A stretch of DNA of 64,000 nt, taken from NCBI GenBank assembly GCA_016699975.1, contig CP064994.1, positions 848,311-912,310 of the forward strand, read 5' to 3'. This stretch comes from Candidatus Moraniibacteriota bacterium. Its GTDB lineage: Bacteria; Patescibacteriota; Minisyncoccia; Moranbacterales; UBA1568. Both the position numbers and the translations under genes were made by a program. Shown here one piece after another: positions 50,224 to 60,156 of the stretch. Under the pieces are notes generated by a model, which had not been told where the DNA came from, did not search any database, and saw only the letters and a list, made by a program, of their open reading frames with translations. Every line of letters starts with the position of its first letter. The first letter of the stretch is position 1.

Positions 50224-50961
50224 TCAGGGGAAATCGGTACAGTTGAAATCGTCGATCAAACGAGGCGCTGTCCGAAGAAGCGAGAACGTCGCACATCTTT
50301 TCGAGAAGAAATCCGCACGAAGCGCACTCTCGATATATTCCGGCATGGTCCGAAAGAAAGAAGGGACCTCGCCATGCCACAAGAACTTTCGAGACTCCTT
50401 TCGGAAAAGTGCGCCGTACGATCGAAGGAAAAGCATCGGCTTTCGAAAGAGCATCCTTCCCCACAAACCGCGCTTCCAGACGCCAACCGGATAGGAATAG
50501 TACGGGTTGGCAACGAAGACAACAAGCATTCCCTCTTCTTGTAAGACATCGAATGCATTCTGCGCCACCCGCTCGATATTCGACACGTCGTGGAGCATCA
50601 TGACAGAGAGCACCATATGAAACGATTCTCTCTCATACGGAAGTTCCCCTTCGACATCAACGGCACGATAGTCACCGAGAGGATCGCGCCGAAGAGCTTC
50701 CGAGAGAAGGAGTGGGGAAATATCACAACCGAGAGTATGGGGATGTGTTTCGCGTATCTTGCGAGTGAGCCACCCATCGCCGCACCCCATATCCAAAATT
50801 CGCGAAGAAAGATCGAGCGGAAGAACCGGGGCAATCGACGAAAAAAGAATTTCGGTTTCAAGGCGCCCATCCAGAGAGAGGCGGTAGGAAAGATATTCCC
50901 GTGCGGAGCATTCGTCTCGGTAATTCTTTCGACCAGTATTTTCCGAGCCAGGAACATTCAT
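50224..50961 (-). CDS. Class I SAM-dependent methyltransferase
   Basis: ILDMGCGDGWLT (motif I) and ...VLSVMMLHDV... (post-I/II). The start is chosen at an internal Met of the 288-aa ORF. Confidence 0.65.
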   Translation of the reverse strand: MNVPGSENTGRKNYRDECSAREYLSYRLSLDGRLETEILFSSIAPVLPLDLSSRILDMGCGDGWLTRKIRETHPHTLGCDISPLLLSEALRRDPLGDYRAVDVEGELPYERESFHMVLSVMMLHDVSNIERVAQNAFDVLQEEGMLVVFVANPYYSYPVGVWKRGLWGRMLFRKPMLFLRSYGALFRKESRKFLWHGEVPSFFRTMPEYIESALRADFFSKRCATFSLLRTAPRLIDDFNCTDFP

Positions 50962-51197
50962 AAGGAAAATAAAGAAAAGATAAATCGCTCTGTCTTGAAA
51001 AACTTCGAGAGCGAATACGAGGGAGTGGGGTACGGGGAGTTTTCGAAGAGAAGCTGGGCTTTCGAGTATGGCGGAGAGGAAAATTTTCACTTTATCTTCT
51101 CTCTTTTACTTAGCCTACGACAAAGTGCGGGAAACGAAAAGAGGTTCCGAAGAGGAACCTCTGTGTACAAACGTCTATAATTCTTCCAAGAGAAACG

Positions 51198-51767
51198 CTA
51201 TTCCCACGAACTCATCATAACCCCGATATCTTTCGTATTTACAACTGAATCACTGTTAACATCGGAGGTGATACCCGAGCCGGACTGATTCCATTGCCCA
51301 ACCAAAGTAGTGAAGTCGTTGATGTTGTAGAGGCGGGTCTGACTTGTTGCAGAAACAGTCGCTGTTTTTTCCGATTCGTCGTTTGGAAAGGCGCCATAGG
51401 TCGTCACTACGTAAGTATAGGACGCACCAGGAGTGAGTCCCGTATCCGCATAGGTTCTCGTGGAAGCATTGGTTGTGCCAACTTCTACCGTAGGAGTGCA
51501 AGAGGCTCCCTGACAACGGTACACTCTGTATCCCATTACCAACCATCCACCCGTCGGTGCATTCCACGAGAGGGTAATTGCCGATCCCGAAACAACGGTT
51601 GCAGTAAGATTTTGCGGCGGAAGTGCTTGATAAGGACTCGGGGGCTCCGGAGTGGTCTGGGCAAAGCTAGACACAGGAACCATGAACAGAAAAGCCAAGA
51701 AAACGAATATAAGGGCTCTTCGTCTGTTCCTTTCTCGTATACGATTGGACATAAGCGATTGATCCAA
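51198..51767 (-). CDS. Secreted fibronectin type III domain protein with a dockerin-like C-terminal tail (paralog 1)
   Basis: Signal peptide, FN3 (LPPQNLTATVVSGSAITLSWNAP...YRVYRC...ASYTYVVTTYG), and a C-terminal ...SDVNSDSVVNTKDIGVMMSSW resembling a dockerin Ca-binding repeat. Confidence 0.55.
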   Translation of the reverse strand: MDQSLMSNRIRERNRRRALIFVFLAFLFMVPVSSFAQTTPEPPSPYQALPPQNLTATVVSGSAITLSWNAPTGGWLVMGYRVYRCQGASCTPTVEVGTTNASTRTYADTGLTPGASYTYVVTTYGAFPNDESEKTATVSATSQTRLYNINDFTTLVGQWNQSGSGITSDVNSDSVVNTKDIGVMMSSWE

Positions 51768-51774
51768 AAAAGAA

Positions 51775-52311
51775 CTAAAGAGTTTCCCACGAACTCATCA
51801 TAACCCCGATATCTTTCGTATTTACAACTGAATCACTGTTAACATCGGAGGTGATACCCGAGCCGGACTGATTCCATTGCCCAACCAAAGTAGTGAAGTC
51901 GTTGATGTTGTAGAGGCGTGGCTGAGTGCTCACTGCATTCGAAGTTACCTTGACCGATTCTCCGAACCCGCTATACGCCGTCACAGCATAGACATATGTT
52001 CCCGAGGAGAGTCCAGAATCGGAATAATTCGTTGTAGTGGAAGGAACTGTGCCGATTTGCACCGTAGGAGTACACCCTGTCCCCGAACAACGATAGACCC
52101 GGTACCCACCGAGCGCGAAAGCAGGTGAGGCGCCCCAAGAAACATTAACCTGTGAAGAAGAGGCGGCAGTAACGCTTATACTTGTTGGCGGCTCCACTAC
52201 TATTCCAGGAGGGGGTGCGATCTGAGCCGACGCCGAGAAAGAGAAACTGATACCGAGTACAATCGCGGAAAAACCCAGAAAAAGACTTTTTGTATGAGAG
52301 AGCCGAGACAT
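51775..52311 (-). CDS. Secreted FN3 domain protein with a dockerin-like C-terminal tail (paralog 2). The last ~57 codons are identical at nucleotide level to paralog 1.
   Basis: Same architecture as paralog 1. The 3' 170 nt are identical to those of 51198..51767. Confidence 0.55.
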   Translation of the reverse strand: MSRLSHTKSLFLGFSAIVLGISFSFSASAQIAPPPGIVVEPPTSISVTAASSSQVNVSWGASPAFALGGYRVYRCSGTGCTPTVQIGTVPSTTTNYSDSGLSSGTYVYAVTAYSGFGESVKVTSNAVSTQPRLYNINDFTTLVGQWNQSGSGITSDVNSDSVVNTKDIGVMMSSWETL

Positions 52312-52361
52312 ATTTTTGAGAGAAGAAGAGATATAGTTCGAGCGTCGAAACCTGTTCAGTT

Positions 52362-54020
52362 CTACAGTACCCGGATCAAAATTCTCTTCACCGTTCTATT
52401 TCCCGCTTCATCATACACTGTGAGCTGGAACGAGTGCATACCAACAGGCGCATCAATCGGAACATTAAACGACTTGCTCTTTGTCTCTTTCGACTTCCCA
52501 AGGAACGTATAGCGGTAATAATCAATTTCTTGGTTGTCTTCGGCATCCCACCAGAGCTTCTCTCCGCGACGAATATTGAAGAAGAGTGGGAGATCGGTAA
52601 TAACAGGTTCTCTTGTATCCACACGCACCTCATATTTATCCGACGTGGCAATTACGTTTCCATCTCGATCAATATAGCGAACCCGATAATCATACGTGCC
52701 ACTATTTTTTTCTCGAACTTTGAGAGACCATGATCCATCGTCTGCCACCGTTTCGCTTTTTCGAACATTGTCTTTTCCAGAGTAAACTTCTACCCTTCCA
52801 CCCTTCAAAGTCTCTTCCTTTCCGGAGAAAGAAATTCGATTACTGTCAGTCAGAATTCTTTCGGAGCTTGAAAAGCTTACTTTTTCATCTTGTATCTCCA
52901 CTTTTCTCTTCCCGCACACTTCTTCCACAACTGGACTTCCCCCAGCACACCCAGCAGGCATCATGTTTGTGATAGAACGTGTTCGCTTCCCATTCTCACC
53001 GCACGTTCCCCATTCCGAATACTCGAAGCTGGTACAAGTCGTTTCTTGACCCGTATAGGTACACGCCTGTGTAGATGAAGGTACGGTAGTCCCCGATGCA
53101 GGCGTACAGTTTGCTGGGACTCCGGCGACACTTCGGAATTGTCGATTGCTCGGCTGGCATGCGCCCCATGCGCCCACCGTAAAGCTGGTACACGTTGTTC
53201 CTCCTCCGGCATAAGTGCAGTCCTCAACGTCGCTCGGCCTTGTGCCCCCAGTACAACCCGCTGGCACACCAACCACGCTTCGGAACCTTTGGTTGTCTAG
53301 CTGACATGCGCCCCATGTTCCCACGGTAAAACTCGTACAGGTCGGCGGAACATAGGTACACGGCTGTGTAAGATCTGGCGTCACGCCCCCGCACATCCTG
53401 AGGGGAGTTCCAGAAACGACCGTTCTCGTTTGTGTTCCATTCTGCGCGCACGTACCCCACGCGGAATAGGTATAACTTGTACAAAGTGGCGCTCCTACCA
53501 AAGCACGGATACCAGTTGCACTTGAAAGCAAGTCGTTCGATCCACCACTTTCTATGACATCTGAATCGGTAGCGTTATCCGCGCCCACGAAGGTATAGAC
53601 AATATTATTGGTAGACGAAGAAACTGTTCTCAAACCACGGAAGGTAAGCGTTCCCAAAACTCCCGAATTTGTTTGAACGCCTGGAAGCGGTTTGGCAAGC
53701 GTAAGAACGATTCTCCCGTTCGCTGTATCGTTTTCGACAATTTCACACGCTTTCCCTTGGTAGACGCAAGTATTTGAAACTGCAAAAATCGAGTTACTGG
53801 TATTCCAGGCGGTAAGCTGAAAGTCTGCAGGATTGTAGGTTACGATCGCTCGAACAGCAACCGCCGTCGCTCCGGCCGTATTCACGACGAGGTCAACGTC
53901 AAACGTGGTGTTCTGCGTAATATTTACAACACCACCGGATGCCTGAGGAGAAGTCATCGTGAGCGTTGCGGAACCGCTCGCATCCGACTTACTCTGAAAT
54001 TTCAAAGAGGCGCTCCACAA
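52362..54020 (-). CDS. Large secreted protein with an N-terminal cohesin-like domain, four ~45-aa thrombospondin type-1-like Cys repeats (W..C...R.R..C) and a C-terminal beta-rich domain
   Basis: The cohesin-like block is ATLTMTSPQASGGVVNITQNTTFDVDLVVNTAG...AIVTYNPADFQL...NGRIVLTLAKPLPGVQTNSGVLGTLTFRG. The repeats are CTSFTVGTWGACQLDNQRFRSVVGVPAGC, repeated four times. The N-terminus probably extends upstream of 54020 into a signal peptide. Confidence 0.5.
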   Translation of the reverse strand: MWSASLKFQSKSDASGSATLTMTSPQASGGVVNITQNTTFDVDLVVNTAGATAVAVRAIVTYNPADFQLTAWNTSNSIFAVSNTCVYQGKACEIVENDTANGRIVLTLAKPLPGVQTNSGVLGTLTFRGLRTVSSSTNNIVYTFVGADNATDSDVIESGGSNDLLSSATGIRALVGAPLCTSYTYSAWGTCAQNGTQTRTVVSGTPLRMCGGVTPDLTQPCTYVPPTCTSFTVGTWGACQLDNQRFRSVVGVPAGCTGGTRPSDVEDCTYAGGGTTCTSFTVGAWGACQPSNRQFRSVAGVPANCTPASGTTVPSSTQACTYTGQETTCTSFEYSEWGTCGENGKRTRSITNMMPAGCAGGSPVVEEVCGKRKVEIQDEKVSFSSSERILTDSNRISFSGKEETLKGGRVEVYSGKDNVRKSETVADDGSWSLKVREKNSGTYDYRVRYIDRDGNVIATSDKYEVRVDTREPVITDLPLFFNIRRGEKLWWDAEDNQEIDYYRYTFLGKSKETKSKSFNVPIDAPVGMHSFQLTVYDEAGNRTVKRILIRVL

Positions 54021-54388
54021 AAAGACAAAAACGCTCCTGACAAGAACGTTATAAAAAAAGCCCCTGCCACGTTTTTCGACGGATGCCTCTTACAAAAGCC
54101 CACGGTTTTTCAAGCACTGAGTACGACGTCTGTGCCGCTCTATCGATAGTTCGATGTTTCGACGAGAGGAAAGCGCTCGGTCGATATTTTTGTTTTTCTT
54201 CTGTATTCATAGCGCCGCAAAAAGAGTTTACGTGGCTTATGGAAAAATATGATGACTACGAGACTCCACGAGCAATAAAATTATTATACATCAAAGAAAT
54301 AATTTTAAAAACGCGCCGTCAAGAGCGTGGGCACAAACATCACTCTGTGCAGCAGTCAGATGAAAAAGACTGTGGCTTCACAAAATTA

Positions 54389-54850
54389 TTATACATCGAA
54401 TGATCGAAAAACATCAACTACGGTCACAACTCCCGAAAGAGAGCCAGAATCGTTCGTTACCGGAAAGAAGGTAAGCTCACTTTCTTTGAAAAGACGTATA
54501 AGCGCTCTCACCGAGAGCGACTCACGCACTGTTTTACACGGAGCGCTCATAATGTCACGGGCGCGCGCTTCAAGCAATCGATCCACCGCCTTACGATTTG
54601 TGCCACGTATTCCCTTCGAAATCCCGGTTTTCTTGAGAAACTGAATATAGGAAGGGAGATAAATCTTGGACGAATCTTTGGTAAAAAAATCGGTTTCCGT
54701 AATCACACCTGCCAATACTCCTTCAGAAACAACCGGGACTCCGTGGATCCGATTTTCCGTCAAAATGCGCGCTACTTCCTGAAGCGGCGTATCGGGAGTA
54801 ACGGAAAGCACTTCCGAAGTCATAATGTCTTTCACGATCGGTTCGTCCAT
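54389..54850 (-). CDS. CBS domain pair protein
   Basis: Two CBS motifs (IVKDIMTSEVLSVTPDTPLQEVARIL...HGVPVV and ARDIMSAPCKTV...FFPVTNDSGSLSGVVTVVD). Confidence 0.65.
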   Translation of the reverse strand: MDEPIVKDIMTSEVLSVTPDTPLQEVARILTENRIHGVPVVSEGVLAGVITETDFFTKDSSKIYLPSYIQFLKKTGISKGIRGTNRKAVDRLLEARARDIMSAPCKTVRESLSVRALIRLFKESELTFFPVTNDSGSLSGVVTVVDVFRSFDV

Positions 54851-55113
54851 ACCCACAGAATTTTGAGGAAATATCTTTTGGAATACTCCAAAAAATGCCC
54901 GCAGAGTGAACAAGAGAAAAACCACACTTGCTCTCTCCTCGCGCGCAGTATTCTTAGTATACACTACCCTTCCAAGTTTACGAGCGAGGTTCCCGAATAA
55001 CTTCCGACCAGCCTCTTACATACGCTACTCTCGAGAGAATTCAGAAGGTACTTCCCTTTACAAAACCCAGAAAAGAGAGAGGATGAGAGTACAGCTTTTT
55101 TCCTTTTCTTGAT

Positions 55114-57195
55114 ATGATCTCCCTCCAGACTCCCCTTGCCGAACTTTCCTCCATGAAAAAAAACTTTTTGCCGAAGCTCGAGACGCTCGGCCTTGTGTCT
55201 GTCCGCGATCTCCTGTTTCATTTCCCCGTCCGATACGAAGACTTTTCGACAATCAAGCCTCTCGCGGAGGTAGTTGAGAATGAAAAGACAACAGTGGAAG
55301 GAACCCTCTCTGCCATTGTTGAAAAGAAAACCTGGAAACGCAGTATGCGGATCTTCGAAGCCGAACTCTCCGACGACTCGGGGCGAATTCGTCTCGTCTG
55401 GTTCAACCAAAAACTGGTGACGGATCAACTGAAGTCCGGTGTCCGCATTCGCGTTTCAGGAAAAGTAGAAAGCGATCGGGACGGGCTCGTTTTTCGCTCT
55501 CCCTTCTTCGAACACGCGAGTCGTCGCCCCACCCACACAGCGCGTCTTGTGCCAATCTATCCCGAAACTTACGGACTCACTTCCAAATTTCTCCGCTGGC
55601 AAATCGAATTTCTCTTCGGAAAAAAGATAGCGGTTCCCGATCCTGTTCCCGAGACAATACTCGCCCGACTCCATCTCCCACCCACTCCCCGCGCGCTTCG
55701 CATGATGCACTTCCCCGCTTCACTCACGGAAGTTGAAGTCGCGAAAAAGCGTCTCGCTTTCGATGCCATGTTTCTCTCCCAACTCAAAAGCCTCGAGCTC
55801 AAGTCCCTCTGGAAAAAAGAACAGGCCGTCTCGTTTCCCGATATTCCGGAATTTTTGGAGACATTCGAAAAGACACTGCCGTTTGCACTGACAGGCGCAC
55901 AACAAAACGCAGCAAGAGATATTCTCGCCGACCTCAGGAAAGACGTTCCCATGAACCGTCTCATAAATGGCGATGTCGGCTCCGGAAAAACCGCCGTCGC
56001 CGCACTCTCGGCGCGACGTGTTGCAGAAGACGGATTCCAAACCGCGCTCCTCGCACCGACTGAAGTACTCGCCTTTCAACACTTTACGACTTTCCGAAAT
56101 TTCTTCTCACACACCCCGTTCCAGATCGCTTTACTTACCCGCTCCTATCATTTTCTCGACGCGGAAAAGAGCACGAAAGAAACACTCAAGAATGCGATCC
56201 GAGCCGGACTGCCGAGCATTATTATCGGAACACACGCCCTCCTCCAAGACGACGTTCGGTTTGAAAAACTTGCACTCGTCATTGTGGACGAACAGCATCG
56301 TTTCGGTGTCGCAGAGCGTGGGAAGCTTCAGGAAAAAACGAAGGTGGCGGCAGACGGACTGCCGTCTGCCATTCCACATTTCCTCACACTCACCGCAACA
56401 CCCATTCCTCGTACGCTCGCGCTTTCCTTCCTCGGCAATCTCGATCTCTCGGTACTCGACGAAGTGCCGAAAAATCGTCCGCCCGTCGTCACAAAAATTG
56501 CCGCGACCCGCGAAGCTCGCGAGACTGTTTTTAAATTTTCTCGACAAGAATTGAAACGAGGTCGACAAGTGTTTGTCATACTCCCACTCGTCGAAACGTC
56601 GTCCACTCTCTCGGAAATGAAGACTGCGAAAACCAAACACGAAAAACTCTCCACGAAAATTTTTCCAGAATTCCACGTCGGCCTCCTGCATGGAAAGATG
56701 AAATCAAGCGACAAAGAAAGCGTCCTTCGAAAATTCAAAGAAGGAGAGATCAATGTCTTAGTTTCCACCTCGGTCGTCGAAGTGGGCATCGATATTCCAA
56801 ACGCGACCGTCATGATTATCGAAAATGCAGAGCGATTTGGGCTTTCTCAACTCCACCAATTCCGCGGCCGCGTCGGTCGTGGCACCGAGTCGTCGTACTG
56901 TTTCCTCCTCCCTGGAAAAAACGGGGATCACGATCGCCTCAATGCGCTCGTGGAGAGTGGGAACGGATTTTTTCTCGCCGAAAAAGATTTGGAACTTCGC
57001 GGGCCTGGGTCGTTTTTCGGGCTGAGGCAGTCCGGCATTCCCGATATCGCGATGAGTCACCTCGGAAACGCTCGGCTCATCGCGATCGCCAAAAAAGAAG
57101 CTGAGTCGATTCTCGAGCGCGATCCCGAGCTTGTCGAATTTCCTCTCCTCAAAGCCGCTCTGCAGGAACTTTCCGACAACGTTCACCTCGAATGA
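55114..57195 (+). CDS. recG: ATP-dependent DNA helicase RecG
   Basis: Wedge/OB domain, Walker A GDVGSGKT, DEQHRFG (DExH), TATPIPRT, a helicase C-terminal domain, and a length of 693 aa. Confidence 0.9.
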   Translation: MISLQTPLAELSSMKKNFLPKLETLGLVSVRDLLFHFPVRYEDFSTIKPLAEVVENEKTTVEGTLSAIVEKKTWKRSMRIFEAELSDDSGRIRLVWFNQKLVTDQLKSGVRIRVSGKVESDRDGLVFRSPFFEHASRRPTHTARLVPIYPETYGLTSKFLRWQIEFLFGKKIAVPDPVPETILARLHLPPTPRALRMMHFPASLTEVEVAKKRLAFDAMFLSQLKSLELKSLWKKEQAVSFPDIPEFLETFEKTLPFALTGAQQNAARDILADLRKDVPMNRLINGDVGSGKTAVAALSARRVAEDGFQTALLAPTEVLAFQHFTTFRNFFSHTPFQIALLTRSYHFLDAEKSTKETLKNAIRAGLPSIIIGTHALLQDDVRFEKLALVIVDEQHRFGVAERGKLQEKTKVAADGLPSAIPHFLTLTATPIPRTLALSFLGNLDLSVLDEVPKNRPPVVTKIAATREARETVFKFSRQELKRGRQVFVILPLVETSSTLSEMKTAKTKHEKLSTKIFPEFHVGLLHGKMKSSDKESVLRKFKEGEINVLVSTSVVEVGIDIPNATVMIIENAERFGLSQLHQFRGRVGRGTESSYCFLLPGKNGDHDRLNALVESGNGFFLAEKDLELRGPGSFFGLRQSGIPDIAMSHLGNARLIAIAKKEAESILERDPELVEFPLLKAALQELSDNVHLE

Positions 57196-57734
57196 GGAAG
57201 CGATTCTTCTTTCAGCACAAACCGCCACGGAAAGTCGCGGGAATTTTTGGCATACTCGATCCCAATTCGCGGCGTGACCAAAATACACCGATCGGAAACG
57301 AGAGCGCCGCGTTCAATCGAGAGACGGTCTCCCTTCACCATATCAATTCCGTTTTCCTCCTTCGTAATACCGAAAAATCGGCAAAGTTTTCCCGGACCAT
57401 TCACCTCCGAAAAAGAAACGTGAGGAACAGAAACGGCGCGGATAAGAACGGCTGCAGGAAATTCCCGAGACATTGTCACCACATTGAGACAATGATACAT
57501 ACCATAAATGAGATACACGTAGGCATGTCCGGGCGCGCCATACATCGTTTCCGTTCGCTTCGTTCGACCGCGACTTGCGTGACAGGCAAGATCGTCTTCT
57601 CCGTGATAGGCTTCCGTCTCGACGATGCGTCCGCGAATCAATCGTCCATCGATCCGGCTCGTCAGTGTCGCGCCAAGCAATTCGCGCGCAATGATCGTCG
57701 TCTCACGCTCATAAAATGTTCGAGGAAGTCGCAT
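57183..57734 (-). CDS. mpg: DNA-3-methyladenine glycosylase (Mpg/AAG family)
   Basis: ARELLGATL...GRIVETEAYHGEDDLACHASRGRTKRTETMYGAPGHAYVYLIYGMYHCLNVV is the family core. Confidence 0.8.
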   Translation of the reverse strand: MRLPRTFYERETTIIARELLGATLTSRIDGRLIRGRIVETEAYHGEDDLACHASRGRTKRTETMYGAPGHAYVYLIYGMYHCLNVVTMSREFPAAVLIRAVSVPHVSFSEVNGPGKLCRFFGITKEENGIDMVKGDRLSIERGALVSDRCILVTPRIGIEYAKNSRDFPWRFVLKEESLPHSR

Positions 57735-57996
57735 GGGCCGTGTTGAAAAATTAAGGGAAAAAGAGAAAAAGAAAGAGAAACGTTATTTTAGAAGATTCGC
57801 CAAAGCATTGCCTCAAAAGTCGAAGAGTTTTCCTCGGACTCGAAAACAAACAATGCTCGTCAAACTTCCCCTATCCCAAAATGATGAATCACACTCATTT
57901 GAAAAAGGAAGAGAAGTGGGTACGTTTGTTTCCAGAAAGAATGCGTGAGAGAAAAATTTTCTCCTCAAAAAAGAAGACATTGATGCAGACGCCACT

Positions 57997-59886
57997 TTAG
58001 TTTCCTTTCTTCGGTTCTTTTCGAATTTTTTCGGTCACCCAAAATTCACCGAAATATTTTCCAAAAAGAAGGCGCGTTTGCGAATCGAGCGCAGGAATCG
58101 CCGAAAGGAATGCAACAACTGGGGACAGCACCCACTGAAAAAGCATGAGGAAGTATCGAGACCAGTGGTAGTGGGAAGGCCGTGGGGGAAGAGAAAGGAG
58201 TGAGAGAGGAATCGAAATCACCATCCCGAACATCGCGAGTGTCATCAGCTGTTCGGTGACGAGGGGAAGATTGTGCGCCAGAACACTTTCGCGAAACGCC
58301 GCTCCGCCGAGGAGAAGGGGGAGCCATCCAAGAAATGCGAGAATAAAGGACGTGGTCGCCCAGGAGTAGTGGCCTTCGAGCATTTCGAACGAGATAGGAA
58401 GTTTTGTGCGAAGCGAGATTTTGGGATCGGGCCAAATCGCACGCATCGTCACCGGAAAGTTTTCGATACCATAGGCCCAGTGATGTTTCTGTTTGTATTG
58501 ATTTTTAATGGTTTTTTAGTATGTTTCGGCGAGGACGGTATTAAGAGAAATGGGGAGCGGAATCGGTTTCACTTCGTAATCGCCGTGAAAGTACGAGATG
58601 CACTTCCAGTAAATCACCGAGTCTTCACTAATCATGTTGACCGGCCAAAAGTCGACCTTGACGAGCGTATCAAACGATTCAGAGTGCGACGAGAACGTTA
58701 CCATCTCGCGACGCGTACTCTGAAACAAGTGCCAAAACGAAGATCCGGTAACAACAAGGCGCACGAATGCGTTCGTATCCCAGATATTATTGTGATACAT
58801 CGGGATCGGCTGATAGGCTCTTCTCAATCGATTGGGATCCGTAACGAATGCATATGTGAGCGCAGCGAAATATTCTGGATGCGCAACCGAATCGCAATCG
58901 AAATTCGAAAAAATGACGCGGCGATAATCAATGCCTCGTTCATCAAGAAAGCGCTGAAGCTCCTTCGCGGCGAACTTTGCATTCGAGGCTTTGCATTTCA
59001 TTTCTCCTGCCGAGACCACGTGCGTTGTCACGAGAAAGTCCCGAAAAACACCGGAAAATTTTTCTGTGAGGTATCGGACTTTCGCCTCACGATATTCACG
59101 GTCTTCCCGCTCCTCGGTCGCGAGAAGCACTATCATTTGCTCTTTCGGAAAGTTCGCTTCGGCGAGTGATCGAATGGCGGGCTCGATGATTTCGGCGCCC
59201 TCCCCGGCGGTCGGCAGAAGAATGACATGAAGAATACTCCGCCAATCTTCCGGAGGTTCAGAAAGAGCCAAAAGACGATCCGCCTCTCGAAGTGACGATC
59301 GCAGCCGATCATACTCGCGCCGCCAGGCGAGTCGTTTTGAAAGAGCAAATATCGAGAGTCTCGATCGTGCTTCACGCATGTCCTTTCGGCGTGCCTCAAG
59401 CGAGTCCCGATATTCTGTGGGACGAAGCGTCATCTGACAGCGCTCCCACCAGTCAATTTTTTTTCCTTCCGCTAGGCGAAGTTGCGCGCGCGTCGAATAA
59501 AAAGAGATAAATACAATCCGATAGAGCCAGTAGAGATCAAAGAGAATAATGAAAACCGCCGCCCACACCGGAAGAAAAAAAGACAGGAAAAACATGCCAA
59601 ACAGCGTTCCCCACGCAAGTGTTCCCGGCACCATTTCGAGAATCCGCTGAAGACGGCGTTCTCTGGGATCGGTAGTTTTGGGATCAGGAAAAACGAATGG
59701 CGATGTGTCGGAAGACATGGACCGAAAATACCATGAACCCTCCCCGAAATCAATTCTCCCTTCTCGCGTGTGAAGCAAAGAAGAAGACACGAGAGCTGCT
59801 TCCTTCCACGCAGTTGAAGTGATCGAGATGCTCCCTTCATAGCAAAAACACGTGCGAGAAAAAGTATCTTTTCCGATCTCCTTCAT
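57997..59886 (-). CDS. Family 2 glycosyltransferase (membrane-embedded, cellulose-synthase-like) interrupted by a single in-frame TAA at 58514..58516 just before the Q..HW motif
   Basis: N-terminal TM helices, ...VIFSNFDCDS (DxD), and then AETY-TAA-KTIKNQYKQKHHWAYG continuing in the same frame into 4 more TM helices (ORF 57997..58452). Confidence 0.55.
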
Positions 59887-60156
59887 TCCTCAGAATAACT
59901 TTCGTCGAAAAGTACAGGTTTCCACATGTTCGTGAGACCAAAACTATCGTCAGAAAAAAATCCCTTCCATGGTCCGTGACCATGAAAGGGATAATAATAA
60001 AGGTATGAGGATTTAAAGCAACTGAGATTTCGTTAATTTTTCCCAGTTTTCCTCGCTCGCTTTGGGAGCTATAGGTTGGGAGCCTTTGTTACATAATCGA
60101 CATTCTTGAGGTTCCCATTCGTGTAGACGATATTCACAAAGAGCGACTACTTGAAA

